This document shows positions 47,195-56,681 of a DNA stretch of 64,000 bases, piece after piece. Numbering within the stretch: the stretch's first letter is position 1; each line of letters starts with the position of its first letter. A program made the translations under genes and the position numbers. The DNA is taken from sequence record MZ475891.1. The stretch is one strand, 5' to 3'. The notes under the pieces are model-generated. The model was not told the origin of the DNA. It worked only from the letters and a program-made list of their open reading frames with translations, and made no database searches.

Positions 47195-47402
47195 TTACCT
47201 TATCTTCATCTTGATCGCCTACTACATTGTAGGCTTCATGCAGTTTATGCGTGAAGTGTTCAGTTCTAAACTGAGTGAGAGCGAACGCTTGGCTGTCATT
47301 AAAGAAGATGAGGACACTCCAACGTCCGTAGTTTGGGCGCAGGCATTTAAGCTGATGTTATACGTTCTGTTCATTCACATACCGATGTGGATATTCAGAT
47401 AA
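47187..47402 (+). CDS. small membrane protein (2 TM)
   Basis: GTG start overlapping the dut stop; hydrophobic ends. Confidence 0.55.
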   Translation: MPDYLIFILIAYYIVGFMQFMREVFSSKLSESERLAVIKEDEDTPTSVVWAQAFKLMLYVLFIHIPMWIFR

Positions 47403-47412
47403 CGTCAATCGT

Positions 47413-47436
47413 TAGGTCCTTGCGGGGACCTATTTT
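47413..47436 (+). terminator. intrinsic terminator
   Basis: TAGGTCCT-TGCG-GGGACCTA followed by TTTT. Confidence 0.7.
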
Positions 47437-47453
47437 ATCGTAATATAAACACT

Positions 47454-47774
47454 ATGAGCAAAAAGAAACCGCAGTACATTCTGCCTCGTGAGCGTCCTAC
47501 GCGCTTGCCAAATCTGCGTGCTTATCTGATGCATCTGGCACGCAACCCAAACAAACATCGTGCCGTCCTTGAGATGCATTGCAATGCAGCGCTGGCCCAG
47601 CTGCGTAAAGATCGTTTATTTCTTGGCAGACTGTTTGCTCATAAGGTGTATACGAAGTCGAGCAAGGTCGCATACACAATAGTATGGATTGACCCGTACA
47701 ACTACGATTGCCTTGTTCTAAATCATATAAAAAGGAGAGTAGAGTTTAAAAACCTTTACGGCCTGATTCTTTGA
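47454..47774 (+). CDS. hypothetical basic protein
   Basis: 106 aa. Confidence 0.65.
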   Translation: MSKKKPQYILPRERPTRLPNLRAYLMHLARNPNKHRAVLEMHCNAALAQLRKDRLFLGRLFAHKVYTKSSKVAYTIVWIDPYNYDCLVLNHIKRRVEFKNLYGLIL

Positions 47775-47807
47775 TTAGGTCCTAGCGCCTTCACACTAGG
47801 AGACACA

Positions 47808-48488
47808 ATGACTATTCTTATTTCTAACCGCACCGACGAGGTGATTCGCCAACTCAACGTAGCTATCTGGTCAAGCGTTTTATTCGGACTCATTGTACTT
47901 GCATCAATTCTGGTGCAGCCGAATGCAACAGCCAGCGTCTCTACGGGCCCTGATAACGTTATCGATATGTCTTCAACAACTTCACTCGATCCCTCCAATC
48001 GTGTGGCAAGAGAATACAAGGAGATTGCAAAGACGCTAGTTGTGCAAGACGAGCGAAGGCCCTCGCGTTCTGTTACGAGAGAGCGCCTCCGACAATTGTA
48101 CTCGCATCTACCGCACCCCAATGATTTAGGCAGGCAGATTGATTTGGCCGCTGCAAAGTATGCAGTGGACGCAAAGCTGATTCTTTCCATTTGCGTTTCC
48201 GAGTCGCATCTTCGTGCTAAAGTCAGAAACAAGTCTGGTGCAACAGGCATCTGCCAAGTAATGGCTAAGATGCATGGGCATTCAGCAAAAGACCTCCTCG
48301 ATTATCGTATCAATATTGATGCGGCAACGAAGATAATTGCAGATCTTAATAAACAGTGTCGTGGTCGTACTGCTTGTGTTATTCAAGCGTACAACACAGG
48401 CTGGGGAGCATATTCGAAGGGTGCCCGTGCACCGCAATACTTGGCTAAAGTTAGATCAGAGATGCGCAAGCACCCATCATCATCCTAA
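47808..48488 (+). CDS. lytic transglycosylase (SLT domain) with N-terminal membrane anchor
   Basis: ICVSES (catalytic Glu), SGATGICQV, INIDAATK, IQAYNTG. Confidence 0.85.
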   Translation: MTILISNRTDEVIRQLNVAIWSSVLFGLIVLASILVQPNATASVSTGPDNVIDMSSTTSLDPSNRVAREYKEIAKTLVVQDERRPSRSVTRERLRQLYSHLPHPNDLGRQIDLAAAKYAVDAKLILSICVSESHLRAKVRNKSGATGICQVMAKMHGHSAKDLLDYRINIDAATKIIADLNKQCRGRTACVIQAYNTGWGAYSKGARAPQYLAKVRSEMRKHPSSS

Positions 48489-48501
48489 AGAGGACATAAT
48501 A

Positions 48502-49155
48502 ATGAGCACCGCCAACATCGCAGACTTGTACAAAATGCAGTTCCAGATTCTCAAACCACTTTCGCCACGCCAAGAGTACGCACTGATTGTGCTACATGCT
48601 TCCGCGACCGAAGATGACGTTCGTGGTCTGGCCGAAGTTGTTGTTCGTGATTACCCGCACGTTGCGCGTCTGTATGATGCGTTTGCTGCTGCGACTGAGT
48701 ACGGTGATAACTCTGTACCGTTCATCATTCCAGTATCAAATAGTGAGCACGTCACCGAAGAGATTTACGCTATCGTTGATCACTCACTCGTCGTTGCGCC
48801 AAGTCTGCGCCAACTTTTGGAGCAAGCCCTTGAGCGTGTTCAATACATGCCAGAGACTGCTGACGAAAGACGTTTCGTAATTGAACGCGAACCCCTGACT
48901 ATGGGCTGGTTCATTGATTGTGTCCTTGACGCGTACAACTGTGGTCAACTGCCTATGGCTGTTCGTCCATCGAAAGCGCAACAACAAATGCGTAACGAAA
49001 ACCTGCTGTCGTTCAATCAGCTCCGTGATGCTGATATGTTCAGCGGCGAGATCGACTACACGCAAGCCTTACAGCCAAGTATGCAAGCGCGTCACATTGC
49101 AGCTAAGCTGATCGCACGTCTGCAAAACAGCAAGCGTGCCGTAACTGTTAACTAA
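48502..49155 (+). CDS. hypothetical protein
   Basis: GAGGA RBS before ATG 48502. Confidence 0.75.
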   Translation: MSTANIADLYKMQFQILKPLSPRQEYALIVLHASATEDDVRGLAEVVVRDYPHVARLYDAFAAATEYGDNSVPFIIPVSNSEHVTEEIYAIVDHSLVVAPSLRQLLEQALERVQYMPETADERRFVIEREPLTMGWFIDCVLDAYNCGQLPMAVRPSKAQQQMRNENLLSFNQLRDADMFSGEIDYTQALQPSMQARHIAAKLIARLQNSKRAVTVN

Positions 49156-49160
49156 CAACT

Positions 49161-49194
49161 CGGGAGACCTTAACTGGTTTCCCGTTTTACTTTC
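49161..49194 (+). terminator. intrinsic terminator
   Basis: CGGGAGACC-TTAACT-GGTTTCCCG followed by TTTTACTTT. Confidence 0.7.
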
Positions 49195-49219
49195 TCGCTG
49201 AATTTTTAAGGAAATTCCA

Positions 49220-50365
49220 ATGACTAATTCATCTCTGCCTTTCGTTTCTTGGTTCGAACGTGACAACTACTTTGATGACATGCTTGAGCGCCTCGATCTC
49301 AAACGTCTCTGGGGCTATGTTGAAAAGAACAACGTGGTCAACAAGACTAAATACAATCTGCCTAACCTCACTGCTTACCACACTACCGAGCACATGAAAG
49401 AAGTTGCGTGCATCGCGTCCTCTCTACTGCACCGCGAGTCGAACCACGACTGGCAGATTCGTCTGATGGAATATCCGTTAGTCGTCGCGTGCCTTTTCCA
49501 CGATATGAATCACAGTCTGGGTAAATATACTGATGACGTGAACATCAACCATGCGCTCGTTGCGTTTAATGACTATCTTAATAGCAAAGATGAGAATCAG
49601 GGCAACGACAAGCTGCTGTTTGAATATCGCGATCAGATCTGTGCGCTGATTCGTTGCACCCAATTCCCGTTCCATGACTCACGCAAGCCAACTAACCTGA
49701 TGGAGCGCTGCATTCGTGATGCGGATATTCTATACGGCCTGCAGGATGACGCAATGCCTGCTGTTGTGATTGGTCTACTGGATGAAGTGAACGTTCGTTT
49801 GGCCCCAGAAAGCAAATACTCCACCGCACAGTGGGTGGCAGGTCGCATTGAGTTCCTGTTGTCCTGTGAGATGTTCACCGAAACTGCTAACAAAATCTTC
49901 TGTGATGCTCTCAGCACCAACAGTCCAAACTATCACGGAAATGTGCTGCAATCTTTCCTTGAGATGAAAGTGCGGCTGATCGATGTTCGTGCAGGTAAGT
50001 TACGTGGTGGCGATGTTATCTGGACAGACACAGAGAACGACTCAACCTATCGTCCACGCCAGATCAGAAACATCGGCAATGAAGCGCTGCCAGACGTTAA
50101 CGTGTATTTCACTGACGGTCAGGCTTGTGGTTATCGTAGCGGTGAGACCGTTCAGTTGCTGCCTAATACAGAGATGGTAAAGCTCGAAGACATTGTAGTT
50201 GGCGACATTATTCTTGAGCCTGCACAGGGTGAAGTGAAGCGCGATCTACATCGCATCGTAAACATCGCTAACGCCGGCCTGCACGAGAGCGTGCTTTATC
50301 TCGAAAATGGCGGTGTGTTTACGTCAGCGCCCAAAGGCCGCGTCTGTCGTGTAGTCAGCAAATAA
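49220..50365 (+). CDS. HD-domain metal-dependent phosphohydrolase with two C-terminal beta-barrel-like repeats
   Basis: AYHTTEH, CLFHDMNH, IRCT, IRDADI. Confidence 0.8.
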   Translation: MTNSSLPFVSWFERDNYFDDMLERLDLKRLWGYVEKNNVVNKTKYNLPNLTAYHTTEHMKEVACIASSLLHRESNHDWQIRLMEYPLVVACLFHDMNHSLGKYTDDVNINHALVAFNDYLNSKDENQGNDKLLFEYRDQICALIRCTQFPFHDSRKPTNLMERCIRDADILYGLQDDAMPAVVIGLLDEVNVRLAPESKYSTAQWVAGRIEFLLSCEMFTETANKIFCDALSTNSPNYHGNVLQSFLEMKVRLIDVRAGKLRGGDVIWTDTENDSTYRPRQIRNIGNEALPDVNVYFTDGQACGYRSGETVQLLPNTEMVKLEDIVVGDIILEPAQGEVKRDLHRIVNIANAGLHESVLYLENGGVFTSAPKGRVCRVVSK

Positions 50366-50366
50366 C

Positions 50367-50410
50367 TGGACGAAATAAGGCTACTCTGCTTAGGCTGCTT
50401 ATGCTATAAT
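50367..50410 (+). promoter_or_regulatory. early promoter P7
   Basis: TGGACGAAAT N32 TG-C-TATAAT. Confidence 0.75.
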
Positions 50411-50452
50411 ATGCGTGAGCAGTCTTTTAACTTATTCTCAAGGGAGAAACGT

Positions 50453-51127
50453 ATGTTTAGAACATTCAATCCAGATATGACAGGCAAGTTTTTCGTAATC
50501 GAACACAGCTTTAAAATTCAAAACATCTTTTGGATGGGCTTCAAAACGATTGATGGCAGAGAAATCATTTTGCCTATTCCTGCACGTGACGCACAGAGTG
50601 GTTATCGTGTTGGCCGAGAAGCGGCCTTCCCTGTAATTCGCTCCAACATTAATACGAACGCTGACCCAGATTCAGACGTCTTGTTCGAACATACGGTAGG
50701 CATCTTGCATATGCGAGCACGCCGTTTCGAAACTCAGATCATGACGCGCACTGCCGTCTCTTATACTGGCTTGCTGCCTGACGTCCGTATGGCAAAAGAG
50801 GGCGAGCGCTATGTTACGCCTCTTAATTCGTTTGAAGGTCCTCTTATTCCTGCACTGAGTCGTCGTCTTACTCATTTCTGCGAAGAAACGCCGATGCTGC
50901 ACAGTTCTTTCCTTGAGACGTTCTCTGACGAAGAGTGGTCGAAACTGAAAGCCGCACCTGTATCAATCAATGATTGGCATAGTGTTTCTAACTCTATTCG
51001 TGAGGGTAAGCTAAAGCCTACAGTTAATATCCCAGACTTCTATCTGTCTACCCGTAAAGAAGATACGACAATACCGTCAGACGTTATCGAATATTACGCC
51101 GAAGCTAACGCACGAGGTGATAGTTAA
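50453..51127 (+). CDS. hypothetical protein
   Basis: ATG 50453 behind AAGGGAG hairpin. Confidence 0.75.
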   Translation: MFRTFNPDMTGKFFVIEHSFKIQNIFWMGFKTIDGREIILPIPARDAQSGYRVGREAAFPVIRSNINTNADPDSDVLFEHTVGILHMRARRFETQIMTRTAVSYTGLLPDVRMAKEGERYVTPLNSFEGPLIPALSRRLTHFCEETPMLHSSFLETFSDEEWSKLKAAPVSINDWHSVSNSIREGKLKPTVNIPDFYLSTRKEDTTIPSDVIEYYAEANARGDS

Positions 51128-51360
51128 TGAGCAACGTCATTCATCAAACGTCCGAGACTGTCTTCTACGTTCTCGGTGCTGTAACCCTTTTAGCTCACCT
51201 TGTGGGCTTCGTTAAGAACTGGCTCAAGATTCATGAGATGCGCCAGAAGCGCCGCGATAAACTCGCAAAAGCTAAAACTCCGCACGAAAAGATGCAACGC
51301 CGTCTGGGCAAAGCTCGGCGCGATGCTCTGCTTTATAAACCCCGCAAAGTAAGGAATTGA
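51127..51360 (+). CDS. small protein with one TM segment and basic tail
   Basis: 77 aa. Confidence 0.65.
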   Translation: MSNVIHQTSETVFYVLGAVTLLAHLVGFVKNWLKIHEMRQKRRDKLAKAKTPHEKMQRRLGKARRDALLYKPRKVRN

Positions 51361-51665
51361 TTATGTCTTCTGATTTACGCCGCAAGCTCATGGCTGTGCT
51401 TGACAAGATGTTTGAGCACAAGTCTGAAAACAATCTCGCAGACGACACGGCCTACTCCGTACCTCGTTCTGAGTTCTCTATGATTGCACCTGAGAGTGCT
51501 GCTGAGAAATGCGCGGTCATTACAGAGATTCTGCGTGATGGCCACATCATCAATCTGTACGGTCCGTATGCGGTTACTGTTAGTCGTGACAGTGAAGGCC
51601 AACAGGTGTTTGTGTTCGTCCGCGTCCCAGACTATCAAGACATTGTTGCTGTGGAGAAACTGTGA
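51357..51665 (+). CDS. hypothetical protein
   Basis: 102 aa. Confidence 0.7.
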   Translation: MIMSSDLRRKLMAVLDKMFEHKSENNLADDTAYSVPRSEFSMIAPESAAEKCAVITEILRDGHIINLYGPYAVTVSRDSEGQQVFVFVRVPDYQDIVAVEKL

Positions 51666-52213
51666 TGGAACAGATCGACATGTTCTACCAAGATCAGCCT
51701 CAGCAAACAACAACGCGTGCTGAATACTATAACCCGCACATCTCAGAAGAAGATCGTCTTCGCCAGTGGCGCTATGTGCAAGCTGCATTCGGCGGCGGGC
51801 CTGCAGGTAGTCCTATTCGTGTTGAGAAGATGCCGAAAGACATTACCAACATTCATGAGTTCATCATTGTGCCTAACGAGAAACAGCGTAAGGAAATGAA
51901 TGAACTCATGGGTGATCCCGAAGACCCGTCCGACCAGAAGTATCTGACGATGCTGTACACATACACGACAAAAGTCGGTATGATGGTACGCTCGTTCCAA
52001 GAGCTGGCTGAACGTGGTGGCCCTATGGGTTGTCTCAACGTGTTCACTACAACGAACATCTATGAGTCTCGCCTGCTTGTGTTCTGGAATAAGAACCCTC
52101 TCGAAGATCAAGAGGAGTACACACAGTGGCTTGACCACATTCGCGGTAACTTCAACAAGAAGTCCCGACGCTTCTATGAGATTTCCTCAGAGCGTGAACT
52201 TTACTCAGCATAA
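51662..52213 (+). CDS. hypothetical protein
   Basis: 183 aa. Confidence 0.75.
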   Translation: MMEQIDMFYQDQPQQTTTRAEYYNPHISEEDRLRQWRYVQAAFGGGPAGSPIRVEKMPKDITNIHEFIIVPNEKQRKEMNELMGDPEDPSDQKYLTMLYTYTTKVGMMVRSFQELAERGGPMGCLNVFTTTNIYESRLLVFWNKNPLEDQEEYTQWLDHIRGNFNKKSRRFYEISSERELYSA

Positions 52214-52250
52214 TTCATTTTGGCCTTGCGGGGCCAATTAGGAGAACATC

Positions 52251-53642
52251 ATGATTTTCGATCTGCGCAAAAGTTTGGCCATGGTTCGTACCGTAATCGA
52301 TGACCAAGTAATCTATAACTTCTACAACATGATTGGCCGCGAGATGCAACTGTCTGGTACTACTCTCAAAGAGATTATCGACGTGCAGCGTAAGGGCGAA
52401 CTGTGCACCAACATCATGTGGGGTACTCAGAAGATGGAGTATCGCACACTCAGATTCGATGAGCGTGGTGATCTTCTCTTAGACGTGACCGTTGGTCCGC
52501 ATTGCTACGCACGGCTCTCTTACGATCAGATTGAACATTACGGGCGCAAAGAGTTTAAGATTATTAACTGCATTGAGATTGATGGCTACCTAGCCCGTGA
52601 TATTAAAGCGCATCTTCGCGCAGTGGGTCAGACTGAGCCTAAGCTCGAATGGTACGACAACGTGTCGGATGATGAACTGAAGGACGCTCTACTTTCAGTT
52701 GGCCACATGGGACCTCTGGCTTATGAAGGTAAATCTCGTAACCAGTTAGAGGACATGTTTGAGAAATTCCAGCGCAAGCACGATGGTGAATACAAATATA
52801 CGCACTCGGCTATTGGCTTAGACCCAAATGAAAAGCTGCCTGCTGATTTGTATGAAGATGAGGCATGCTCAATCACTCGTCGTTCGTTTGCTCCTCAGAA
52901 GACTGTCGATATGATGATCACTGAGATCTCAAACGTGATGCGCATGTTCGATATCTGGGACTCAGCGCCAACCTCTGAGACGCATGAGTGGTCAATGCAG
53001 GAAGCATACATGGCCTTCTATAATAGCTTAGTGATTGATAGCGATGGCAGCCGTCTGCGTGAACTGAAAGATAACCCACAGTTCGCTATCAACTTCATCT
53101 ACGGTATGGCGGCTGACCTGAACTGGATTCACATCAACGAGATGACCGAAGACTATCGTGGCTCGGTTGTGAATCGCATCCTTCAGGAGATTGCTGTTGA
53201 GATCAGCACCTCTGATGATTACTGCACGACGGAGCACGGCATTGCTCTTATTCAGAAAGAAACAGAAGAAACAGAAGAAGAGGAGGATGCTTCTGAGCCA
53301 GTCTCCATCGAAAAGAAAAAGAAGAAAGGCTTCCCGGATATTCGTTCAGTAGAAGAGGTGAACTATGACGCACTGCATATCATCGAGATTACATACAAAC
53401 TGCCTAAGCAGCCTAAGCTGCGCACTAAGCTAGACGTACTGCAATCTCGTGAGTGCTATCTTGAGCACTTCTTCGGTTGTTTGAAAGAAAATGATTGGCA
53501 TAGATTAGACAATATCACTAATCTTGATCTGCGCCGTATTGTTGGTGCTATTACTAAATCTAATGGTGGTAGATTCAGCCACAACGCCCTGTTAAACATA
53601 ATTAAACGTGCAGCTAAGAAACTGGCTGCCACTGAGTTCTAA
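52251..53642 (+). CDS. multi-domain hypothetical protein with HeH-like module
   Basis: 463 aa, AGGAG RBS; NVSDDELKDALLSVGH...SRNQLEDMF. Confidence 0.8.
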   Translation: MIFDLRKSLAMVRTVIDDQVIYNFYNMIGREMQLSGTTLKEIIDVQRKGELCTNIMWGTQKMEYRTLRFDERGDLLLDVTVGPHCYARLSYDQIEHYGRKEFKIINCIEIDGYLARDIKAHLRAVGQTEPKLEWYDNVSDDELKDALLSVGHMGPLAYEGKSRNQLEDMFEKFQRKHDGEYKYTHSAIGLDPNEKLPADLYEDEACSITRRSFAPQKTVDMMITEISNVMRMFDIWDSAPTSETHEWSMQEAYMAFYNSLVIDSDGSRLRELKDNPQFAINFIYGMAADLNWIHINEMTEDYRGSVVNRILQEIAVEISTSDDYCTTEHGIALIQKETEETEEEEDASEPVSIEKKKKKGFPDIRSVEEVNYDALHIIEITYKLPKQPKLRTKLDVLQSRECYLEHFFGCLKENDWHRLDNITNLDLRRIVGAITKSNGGRFSHNALLNIIKRAAKKLAATEF

Positions 53643-53676
53643 TCCACTATTATACCTAACATTGTAGGGAACCAAA

Positions 53677-54099
53677 ATGAATTTCAATCCAAACATCATT
53701 GTTGTTGATCGTGTTGTCGTCATGGCCACCAAAGAGACCACAGACAAGTGGGCTGTTGCTGCAAAGCAAGATCGTGACAACGCACAGTTCGGTATGGCTT
53801 TATTGCACGCGGAGCTTCAACGTAAAATCAGTAGCACGCTGCGCAACGCCAACCCTGAATCGATGTTCCGTCCAGAGATATTCTGGGCAGACTACGGCCC
53901 GCTCACCGTTAGCGGCTTCATGTATATTGAGAGCAGTGCGGACGAAGAAGTGTTGAATCAGGCAGATGACCGTGATTACCTGTGTCATCTCGAAGCGATC
54001 AAAAACATCGCCGCATCTATGGGACACACCGTTGTTATTCAGCGTGTGAAAGCCCAGTTCCCTATTGTCGATACTCGCATACCTGTTGCTTATGCCTGA
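53677..54099 (+). CDS. hypothetical protein
   Basis: 140 aa. Confidence 0.7.
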   Translation: MNFNPNIIVVDRVVVMATKETTDKWAVAAKQDRDNAQFGMALLHAELQRKISSTLRNANPESMFRPEIFWADYGPLTVSGFMYIESSADEEVLNQADDRDYLCHLEAIKNIAASMGHTVVIQRVKAQFPIVDTRIPVAYA

Positions 54100-54109
54100 G
54101 AGGTGACCT

Positions 54110-54406
54110 ATGTCTGAACAAACTCAATTGCCTGGCCAAGTCGTTATCGTTTGTGTTATGCAGGAATCTGATTCTTTCATGGGTCAGAAGTTTGATGGCT
54201 ATGTGTACTTGCTCAATCCAGAACACAAAGAGATGTTTGAACGTCACCTGCAGGCGCACAAAAGCCGTGAGAACTATTCACACATTATCAGCCACGCTAA
54301 TCACTATATAACTAGCACGGGCTTCGATGCGCTTCATGCTGCTATACGCAAAGACGCAAACAGACCCTGGCTGTGGTCAGATACTGATTACACGATAACT
54401 GCATAA
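54110..54406 (+). CDS. hypothetical protein
   Basis: 98 aa, GAGGT RBS. Confidence 0.7.
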   Translation: MSEQTQLPGQVVIVCVMQESDSFMGQKFDGYVYLLNPEHKEMFERHLQAHKSRENYSHIISHANHYITSTGFDALHAAIRKDANRPWLWSDTDYTITA

Positions 54407-54409
54407 ATC

Positions 54410-54453
54410 TGGACAAAATAGAGGTAGCTAGAAAAAGCTGCCCCTGATATACT
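54410..54453 (+). promoter_or_regulatory. early promoter P8
   Basis: GCATAAATC-TGGACAAAAT N32 TG-A-TATACT. Confidence 0.8.
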
Positions 54454-54506
54454 AAAAGCGTAGCTTGTGCTGCGCTTTTTTACTTTCTGTCTGAGGAGAC
54501 AACTAA

Positions 54507-54971
54507 ATGAAACCAATCAAAGCAACTGAGGCTGACAAAGCGCTTCAAAACGAATGTATGGATGCTGTTGCTCAGTGCATTATCCTGAACACACCCGACT
54601 GGCGCGATGTGGCGATTGCAGGTTTGCGCCTGTATCTGGTTGCATCGAGTATGAGCGGCGCGGAACTTCCGTGTATGCAATTCGAGCACAACGGCAAGCC
54701 TTGTCGTTTGTCGTTTAAGATGAACGTTGTCGATGAAGGCGAAGACTTCACTCCAAACGAAGTCAACCAAGCGCACCAACAAGAAATGGTCGAATGCATC
54801 CTCGCTAAGACCGAAGCTCTTGGCGGTTACAGTTACTTTGATTTGTTCATTTGTGCAGGACGCCTGTTTATGATTGGCTTCGACGGTATGGCCGACACCG
54901 TTCCTGCTCTGATGTTCCGCTCGGACAAAAAGAACTACCGTGTTAACTTGATTACAACGGATAATTCGTGA
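54507..54971 (+). CDS. hypothetical protein
   Basis: 154 aa, GAGGAG hairpin RBS. Confidence 0.8.
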   Translation: MKPIKATEADKALQNECMDAVAQCIILNTPDWRDVAIAGLRLYLVASSMSGAELPCMQFEHNGKPCRLSFKMNVVDEGEDFTPNEVNQAHQQEMVECILAKTEALGGYSYFDLFICAGRLFMIGFDGMADTVPALMFRSDKKNYRVNLITTDNS

Positions 54972-55150
54972 AGACCACCAACGACCTGATTAAAGAATTA
55001 AAGCAACATCGTGTTATCATCATTGAAGAACACGACAAGCACATTCTGCCTGACCTGACATTCGCCCTGAGTTGCTTATGCATCGATCATACGAAACGTG
55101 TGGTCGAAACAAAGCGTAGTGCTCAGGCAACCAAAATCAAACTCGCATGA
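54968..55150 (+). CDS. hypothetical protein
   Basis: 60 aa, GTG start. Confidence 0.55.
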   Translation: MKTTNDLIKELKQHRVIIIEEHDKHILPDLTFALSCLCIDHTKRVVETKRSAQATKIKLA

Positions 55151-55157
55151 GGTTACT

Positions 55158-55595
55158 ATGAAATTTGATCAAGCCCCAACGAAAGCACAGCTCGTACTGC
55201 TGGCACTCGCTCTCGAATCCGTTCTCCTCTCTATGGAGAAAACGTTTATCAACCGTAACCTGCTGGAGCAGTTACTTGCGAAGTACGGCATCTCGTTTAA
55301 CGACCTGAAAGAGTTGCGCGAGTACGGTGAAAAGCATTCCGCCATCGGCACCAGCGTTGCTCAAGTTATGGAGATAGCTGCATTGAATGTGGCTCATCTG
55401 AAAACAGAGCCGAAGCCTGAATACAGTCAAGACGACCTTGATCTAATTCGCGTAGAATACGAGCCAATCGATACGTCTGTCCTGCGTCAGGGCGCTGTGA
55501 ATGATGGTGTTATCACAGTGCAGCAAGCAGCCACTTTTGAGCGTGATCAGATACTGACTGCTATTCTTGAGTACCGACTGCGCTCAGAAGCATAA
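55158..55595 (+). CDS. hypothetical protein
   Basis: GAGGT RBS before ATG 55158. Confidence 0.75.
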   Translation: MKFDQAPTKAQLVLLALALESVLLSMEKTFINRNLLEQLLAKYGISFNDLKELREYGEKHSAIGTSVAQVMEIAALNVAHLKTEPKPEYSQDDLDLIRVEYEPIDTSVLRQGAVNDGVITVQQAATFERDQILTAILEYRLRSEA

Positions 55596-55598
55596 ATC

Positions 55599-55642
55599 TG
55601 GACAAAATCGTGGTTGTAGCAAAAACCGTCCTATGTTATAAT
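55599..55642 (+). promoter_or_regulatory. early promoter P9
   Basis: GCATAAATC-TGGACAAAAT, -35 TTGTAG N17 TG-T-TATAAT. Confidence 0.85.
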
Positions 55643-55690
55643 AGAGATGTAGCGTAGACGTGAGGTATGCGCTATAAATTGAATGACGCG

Positions 55691-55790
55691 TTTTTGCTTG
55701 ACTGTAAGGTAGCGGTATCTTACAGTCCTTTTTCAAGTGGCTTCGAAGTTTGAGGCTTCTTGCGAAAGGGTTCGATACCCTTTAAGCGCT
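55691..55790 (+). ncRNA. candidate structured RNA element, copy 1
   Basis: GACTGTAAGGTA-GCGG-TATCTTACAGTC hairpin, then CTTTTT and a second long hairpin, then a T-loop-like GGG-TTCGATA-CCC. Confidence 0.5.
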
Positions 55791-55850
55791 TTCGGATTTA
55801 CGCGGTTTTCACCGACTGTGCTTTCATATTAAATCGCAAAGGAAATTGTT

Positions 55851-56672
55851 ATGCCAGAAGCACGCAAACCTCGCCCAGCTGATCGTTTCGCTAAAGCCCG
55901 TGCAGAGAAAAACTCACCGGAGCGTCAAGATGCGGCAGCCCAGCGCACGTATAAAGACACTCCGCCTAAATCTGTTCAGGTGAAACTTGATGCTGTGGCA
56001 GCTTCTAAGAAGAAAGTTTCACGCGGCCCCAAGGCATCTCGTCCGCGTCAGTCGCCTGTTGTTGACGCAGCACCAAAGCCTCGCATTCGTGATGAGGAAC
56101 GTGTGTACAATCTCGTACACATGATTCTCTCTGCGTGGAAAGCCGATGCAGAAAACGCGGCGGTAAGTGTGGGAATCATTAAAGTGTCTCGCCGTAAGAT
56201 CGAGGGTGCGTTACGCGATCTCAAGAATACGCGCTTCACTAAAATCCCAGGCTTAATCAATGACGTGCTTGTCTACAATGAACTGGTAGCTGAGTTCGGA
56301 CAGTGGGTGTACGTCGAGCACGACAGTCCTGATTGGATTTTTGTGCGCCTGCCTGAAAACAGCACGCCTGTGATTCGCGCTGACATTAGTTACGCCAAGA
56401 CGGGTGAAACTTCCACGTCTGTTTCGACTTCTAGTGAAGTTCTGCTGAAAGATCTTAGCGAAGACGAAGAAGATGAGATCCCCGATAATGTCGAGTACGA
56501 CGATGCGGACGAGACTGACGAAGACGAAGCTGAGCCGTATGACTACAGCGCTTGGTCGCTGAGTGACCTGCAGGCTTATGCAAAGCGTTATGACTTCCTG
56601 CAGCCCGACACTGAGGGGTTCGATGATCGCGAGAAGTTGATAGCAGCCATCGAGCTGGGGGAACAGCACTAA
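55851..56672 (+). CDS. protein with basic N-terminus, acidic tract and C-terminal HeH/Rho-N-like module
   Basis: 273 aa, AAGGA RBS. Confidence 0.8.
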   Translation: MPEARKPRPADRFAKARAEKNSPERQDAAAQRTYKDTPPKSVQVKLDAVAASKKKVSRGPKASRPRQSPVVDAAPKPRIRDEERVYNLVHMILSAWKADAENAAVSVGIIKVSRRKIEGALRDLKNTRFTKIPGLINDVLVYNELVAEFGQWVYVEHDSPDWIFVRLPENSTPVIRADISYAKTGETSTSVSTSSEVLLKDLSEDEEDEIPDNVEYDDADETDEDEAEPYDYSAWSLSDLQAYAKRYDFLQPDTEGFDDREKLIAAIELGEQH

Positions 56673-56681
56673 GCACAAATA

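Noticed and set aside
55668-55754. 28-aa ORF (MRYKLNDAF...) across RNA element copy 1
   Set aside because: GAGGT abuts the ATG with no spacing, and copy 2 has no equivalent ORF
55720-55795. tRNA gene suggested by the T-loop GGG-TTCGATA-CCC
   Set aside because: No compatible acceptor stem, D-arm and 7-nt anticodon arm could be assembled; kept only as part of the ncRNA candidate
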